Shown piece by piece: positions 59,903-64,000 of a stretch of 64,000 nt of DNA. The position numbers and the translations under genes are program-made. Position 1 is the first letter of the stretch. The number at the start of each line of letters is the position of its first letter. The notes beneath the pieces are model-generated. The model was not told where the DNA came from. It saw only the letters and a program-made list of their open reading frames with translations, and did not search any database. This stretch comes from a virus: IMG/VR virus record IMGVR_UViG_3300045988_079139, positions 4,378 through 68,377 of that record; one strand, given 5' to 3'.

Positions 59903-62110
59903 TTAAGAAAATTTACTATGCTTAACTCTGTGTTCAACCTCTGACTGTTTTCCTTTGTTAAAATGGCGATAATCAGTGGTTAGATAGCCTGTAACACGAC
60001 GCAGTTGCTGAATGTTGTGGCTGCCGCATTCGGGACAAGCATCATTGAATTCAGCCTGGTAGCCGCAATCTAAACAAGAGTCAATTGGGAAGTTGAATGC
60101 TAGATAAGGAATATCCAACTTCTGGAATGCATAGTCAATAATCTGCTCAATTGCTTTTGTATTCTTCACGAAAGTAGAATCTAACTCAACGTAAGTGATG
60201 CATCCACCAGTAGGATACTTACAGAAAGGAGATTCAACTTCTAACTTTTCAAAGATACCAATTTCGTGCCACACGGGAACATGGTGGCTATTGGTTAAGA
60301 ACTCATGGTCAGTGACATTAGGAATAATACCATACTGCTTACGAAGAGCCTTTGCCGCAGTATGACACAAACCTTCAGCAGGAGTTGCATAACAAGAGAA
60401 GTTCAAGTCATGTCTGTCAGAAGCCTCTTTTGCGTATTCGTTAATTCTCTTAACAACTTTTAAAGCAAAAGCATGAACTTCTTTATCTTCTGCGTGATTC
60501 TTACCAAACAGCGCCTGGCACATTTCAGCAATACCAATATAACCCATAGCTAGAGTTCCGTGCTTCAGTGCTTCATAGTTAGACATTACACAATCTTGAG
60601 CGTCTTTCATAGTACCATTCTGATACATAAAAGGAGCAGCTTCAGGTGGCTGATTAACCATAATATCAAAACGCTCCAGAAGACCCTGTTCACAAAGCAT
60701 CAATAAATCCTCGAACGCAGACCAGAAACCGTCTAAGTCCGGGGTCTCACGCTTGCCCAGACAAACTCCGTATTCAATACCAAGCTTCGGCAAAATCATA
60801 GTATTAGGAACAAGGTTTCCACGACCGACACGATTATAGGAATCAGTATGTCTGTCATAACCAAGCATGGTGCGGCAACCCATAGTGGCGAAATAAGTAT
60901 CCTTATTATCTGGGTCTTCATGTGCTTGAGAATAATCACAATTGACAAAGTTAGGATAAATACGCTTACTCAAAGACTCAATAGCCATCTGCTTTAAGTC
61001 ATAGTTGGGGTCGCCAGGGTTGGCATTACATCCAGCCTTATACTGGAAAATACTAATTGGGAAAATAGGAGTTAGGTGATGCTTGCCGATACCGGACATA
61101 GAAGCACCCAACATTTTCTTGGTTACAAAACGGCCTTCACTAGAAGTGTCACGACCAAAGTTGATGGAAGTGAAAGGAACCTGGCTTCCCGCACGGGACT
61201 CCAAAGTGTTCAAATTATGGAACATTGCTTCAGCAGACTGCTTACCTTCACGTTCCAGTTGCTTTAGTGCGAAAGCAAAAGCCGCACTCATATCTTGTTT
61301 CAACTGATGATTGTCCATTTCAATGGGACCGTGTTGATTTAAAATAATATCAGCATTTTCATCGCTCTGACCTTCAACATCAGTTAGATAGTGATGCATA
61401 TGTTTACGGAAACTCTTCTTAACAAAAGGAGCCAAGTCGTAGTCCAGGTGAACAGTACCAACTCCGCCGAACTGTACTTGCGACTGGCATTGGAAAATAA
61501 CTGCTGTTTGCTGGCATGCACTACTTAAAGTAGCAGGAGGACGAATATCACCATTACGAGTTACAAAACCTTCATTGAAAACTTTTTCAAAGTCTACAAA
61601 TAAACAGTTGTGTTCACCAATGTTGGTTTTCTCCAAATCGTGTTGGTATAATAGCATATTCTTGTGTGCTTGGCTAACTTCTGGAGAAAGAGTATAATCC
61701 AGCGCAATCACTTTTTGAACATCTGCTGACGCCTCTTTTTCACGACCGGAGAAGCTCTTCTCGTCTACGTTAGCATTTGAATTTTCGACAGCGGTAGCTT
61801 CAGTGCGCTTCATAACAGCTCTGATTAACTTACTACGACGAGTACGCTCCTTGCTACGCTGATCACGATAAATAATATAAGATTTAGCTACTGCTGGATA
61901 TTCACTCTTCATCAAGTAGCTCTCAACTAAATCTTGAATTTGTTCGACGGACATATCGACACCGCGACTACCAATTAAATCTGCAATCTCTTCAGCAGTA
62001 TCGGATTCATACACGGAGCCATATGCACTGACCATCGCTTTATTAATGGCACGGACAATCTTGTTTGGATCAAACAGAACGCGAGTGCCGTCTCTCTTAA
62101 TTACGTGCAT
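59903..62110 (-). CDS. nrdD: Anaerobic (class III) ribonucleoside-triphosphate reductase
   Basis: 735 aa. It has an N-terminal ATP-cone (VIKRDGTRVLFDPNKIVRAI), a C-terminal Zn ribbon (CLDCGYQ...CPECGS) and the glycyl-radical motif RVTGYL. GGAGG RBS. There are zero TAG codons in 735 codons. Confidence 0.9.
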   Translation of the reverse strand: MHVIKRDGTRVLFDPNKIVRAINKAMVSAYGSVYESDTAEEIADLIGSRGVDMSVEQIQDLVESYLMKSEYPAVAKSYIIYRDQRSKERTRRSKLIRAVMKRTEATAVENSNANVDEKSFSGREKEASADVQKVIALDYTLSPEVSQAHKNMLLYQHDLEKTNIGEHNCLFVDFEKVFNEGFVTRNGDIRPPATLSSACQQTAVIFQCQSQVQFGGVGTVHLDYDLAPFVKKSFRKHMHHYLTDVEGQSDENADIILNQHGPIEMDNHQLKQDMSAAFAFALKQLEREGKQSAEAMFHNLNTLESRAGSQVPFTSINFGRDTSSEGRFVTKKMLGASMSGIGKHHLTPIFPISIFQYKAGCNANPGDPNYDLKQMAIESLSKRIYPNFVNCDYSQAHEDPDNKDTYFATMGCRTMLGYDRHTDSYNRVGRGNLVPNTMILPKLGIEYGVCLGKRETPDLDGFWSAFEDLLMLCEQGLLERFDIMVNQPPEAAPFMYQNGTMKDAQDCVMSNYEALKHGTLAMGYIGIAEMCQALFGKNHAEDKEVHAFALKVVKRINEYAKEASDRHDLNFSCYATPAEGLCHTAAKALRKQYGIIPNVTDHEFLTNSHHVPVWHEIGIFEKLEVESPFCKYPTGGCITYVELDSTFVKNTKAIEQIIDYAFQKLDIPYLAFNFPIDSCLDCGYQAEFNDACPECGSHNIQQLRRVTGYLTTDYRHFNKGKQSEVEHRVKHSKFS

Positions 62111-62195
62111 AATAAAACCTCCATTTAAAAAACTATATTTTGTAGATGGGCAAAAAACCTCTTACTAGATATAGTGTTTCTTCTTAATCAATTAA

Positions 62196-62765
62196 TTACT
62201 TTTGTCCTCGCGCGAACCTGCGTCCGCTCTGGACCAAAATCTCCTTGACGTTATCTTCCAGGTCACCAGGAGTGTTGTTAATCAGACCGGTGTAGCTGAA
62301 ATCAATATTATCGAAATCATTATAGTCAGCTTGGAAACGTCTGACAACTTCTCGAACGTCAGGGTCCTCTTCTCTATTTAACTGGCGTAATAGACGGATC
62401 TTGTCATTGGTTTGAATCCAAAAGACGAGAACATTACAATCCGGACGAGCCAAGAGAGACTCAACACCTGTGGGATTGAATACTCCAATGTTAATTACTC
62501 CATCACTGCGGACAGAGTCATAACTTGTGCCATAGAACCAGTCATTAAAAACAGTACACTCTAACATTTCTCCATCAAGAACTTTCTATCCGAATTGCTC
62601 GGGAGTGTAATAAAAGTAATTAACTCCGTGCGCTTCACCCTAGCGCATAGGACGAGTCGTACAGCTGATAATTTCGTGGAGGGTAGGGTCGGCCGCAAGC
62701 ACAGCCTACATAGTCCGATCTTTACCAGAACCTGCTTCTCCCATTAAGGCAATAACGTTGTACAT
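62196..62765 (-). CDS. gmk: Guanylate kinase-like nucleoside monophosphate kinase (189 aa) containing 3 in-frame TAG codons
   Basis: ATG at 62765 with GAGGAGG upstream. P-loop GEAGSGKD, then the GK signature CTTRPMR(TAG)GEAHGVNYFYYTPEQFG(TAG)KVLDGEMLE...FYGTSYDSV. The TAGs are at 62708, 62645 and 62588 on the minus strand. It overlaps the upstream gene by 22 nt. Confidence 0.6.
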
Positions 62766-62992
62766 TTAATGTCTTCCTCCTCTTCAAATTCGTATTCTAG
62801 CTTACCAGGAAGTTCGCCTTCCCAGAAAGTTGCATGACCATCACAATCGAGATTCTCACACTTATAAGGATATTGTGCTGGATAAGTAGTGAGACAAATG
62901 CCAGTGGGGATTAACTCCCCACCGCACTTATCACAAATTGCTCTGGTTGTATAAATATTTTTTACTTTGTATCTTTTAAGCATCTTCCTCAA
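62744..62992 (-). CDS. Small zinc-finger-like protein (82 aa, CxxC...CxxxxC)
   Basis: Cys pairs CDKCGG and CENLDCDGH. It overlaps both neighbouring genes. Confidence 0.45.
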   Translation of the reverse strand: MRKMLKRYKVKNIYTTRAICDKCGGELIPTGICLTTYPAQYPYKCENLDCDGHATFWEGELPGKLEYEFEEEEDIKCTTLLP

Positions 62993-64000
62993 TGCCTCCT
63001 TGATAACGAGAGTCTTTCAATACCAATTCTCCATTGGGAAGAACTGACTCAATCTTATATAACTGGTGACCGCCCGTAGAAGCATACTTCTTAGATACAA
63101 AATCGTCACCAGAACGAATACCAGTAACCACAATCATATTTCCACGATTGAACCAAGACTTCTCCATAATCTTCTTAGTTCCATCTGCTTGACGCTCAGA
63201 AATCTGCTTATCAAACATTGTAAAATATTCTTTTCTAAACTTGACATTTACAACACCTGTTGTAGTCAAAATAGTTACTGTACTCTTAGTCTTATTCTTC
63301 GCAATACAAGTGCCGCAGATACGATTCAACTTAAAGATATGAATATCTTTTCCGCCCTTTGTGAAAGTCTTCTCAATCACTGGGTCTTCTGGTAGACTAT
63401 AAAAGTCTACAAAACCATATTTGTCGTTATTAATATGCTCAAGTTCATGCTCGTGATAATAGAAGCACAATACTTCCATTTCCCACGCGGAGATAGTTCC
63501 CTTCGCATATTTCTCCCAATCCTGCATAAAGATTTCAGTATTCAGTGCATCTAAGATAGCTTCTTTGTCAGACGCAATCCATGCTCTAAATACATCCATA
63601 TGCTTCTGGTAAATTGCATCCCAATTCTTAGTTTTTACAAACCAAGCAAGGTTATCTGTTTCCATAATATCATCACATTCAATTTCATGCAAGAACGCAA
63701 TTGCTCTTTCATCAAGTGAATACATATTAGGATAAGCATATTTATCTGCCTTTGTAATTGCTTTTAAATATCTGTTAAACTCGTAGACTCTACGAGCCAA
63801 AACCTGTTCAGGAGTCTTTTCAGGCAGAAGATTATGTTTAATCAAACCACCCATATTCTGTAATGTGATACGACTCTTCTTATCACAAGTCTCCCAAATA
63901 TACCATGCCATAGTAAACTTTCTATCTTCCATATCATCAAAAGCTCCGCCCTTGATTAGAGAAATCATTGCCTGCTTACTAGGCTTAACTTTATTCAAAA
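62976..64000 (-). CDS. dnaE: DNA polymerase III alpha-subunit-like replicative polymerase, C-terminal part (partial; the N-terminus lies beyond the window end)
   Basis: LIKGGAFDDME matches the DnaE helix-hairpin-helix region (LIKAGAFD). The C-terminal OB-fold-like segment reads TVTILTTTGVVNVKFRKEYF...NMIVVTGIRSGDDF. The ORF runs into the window edge. TAG-free. Confidence 0.55.
   Translation of the reverse strand, partial: LNKVKPSKQAMISLIKGGAFDDMEDRKFTMAWYIWETCDKKSRITLQNMGGLIKHNLLPEKTPEQVLARRVYEFNRYLKAITKADKYAYPNMYSLDERAIAFLHEIECDDIMETDNLAWFVKTKNWDAIYQKHMDVFRAWIASDKEAILDALNTEIFMQDWEKYAKGTISAWEMEVLCFYYHEHELEHINNDKYGFVDFYSLPEDPVIEKTFTKGGKDIHIFKLNRICGTCIAKNKTKSTVTILTTTGVVNVKFRKEYFTMFDKQISERQADGTKKIMEKSWFNRGNMIVVTGIRSGDDFVSKKYASTGGHQLYKIESVLPNGELVLKDSRYQGGIEEDA

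Overview
This window is a roughly 64 kb fragment of a large tailed bacteriophage or prophage. It is AT-rich and uses strong AGGAGG-type Shine-Dalgarno sites and consensus TTGACA-17-TATAAT promoters. Together with nrdD/nrdG, these point to a strictly anaerobic, low-GC Gram-positive (Firmicutes-like) host. Positions 73-56701 on the plus strand form one long tail, baseplate and fibre module. It holds a TAG-free major tail protein, a 3,269-aa tape measure protein, a 2,061-aa protein after the tape measure, and about ten fibre or receptor-binding-type proteins with LamG and BspA-LRR domains. Positions 56755-64000 on the minus strand form a converging replication and nucleotide-metabolism operon (partial DnaE, Zn-finger protein, guanylate-kinase-like protein, NrdD, NrdG, three hypothetical proteins, dUTPase, RuvC-like resolvase). 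The central observation is that the amber codon TAG is read as a sense codon, most likely glutamine. Dozens of long genes are interrupted only by in-frame TAG, never by TAA or TGA, and all terminate at TAA or TGA. The six-frame ORF track therefore fragments them. TAG use also depends on gene class. Low-copy structural genes carry about 1.2% TAG. The abundant major tail protein and the replication operon carry none and use CAG for Gln. A single guanylate-kinase-like gene with three TAGs sits inside the otherwise TAG-free operon. The gene coordinates below are recoded readings, with TAG treated as sense.
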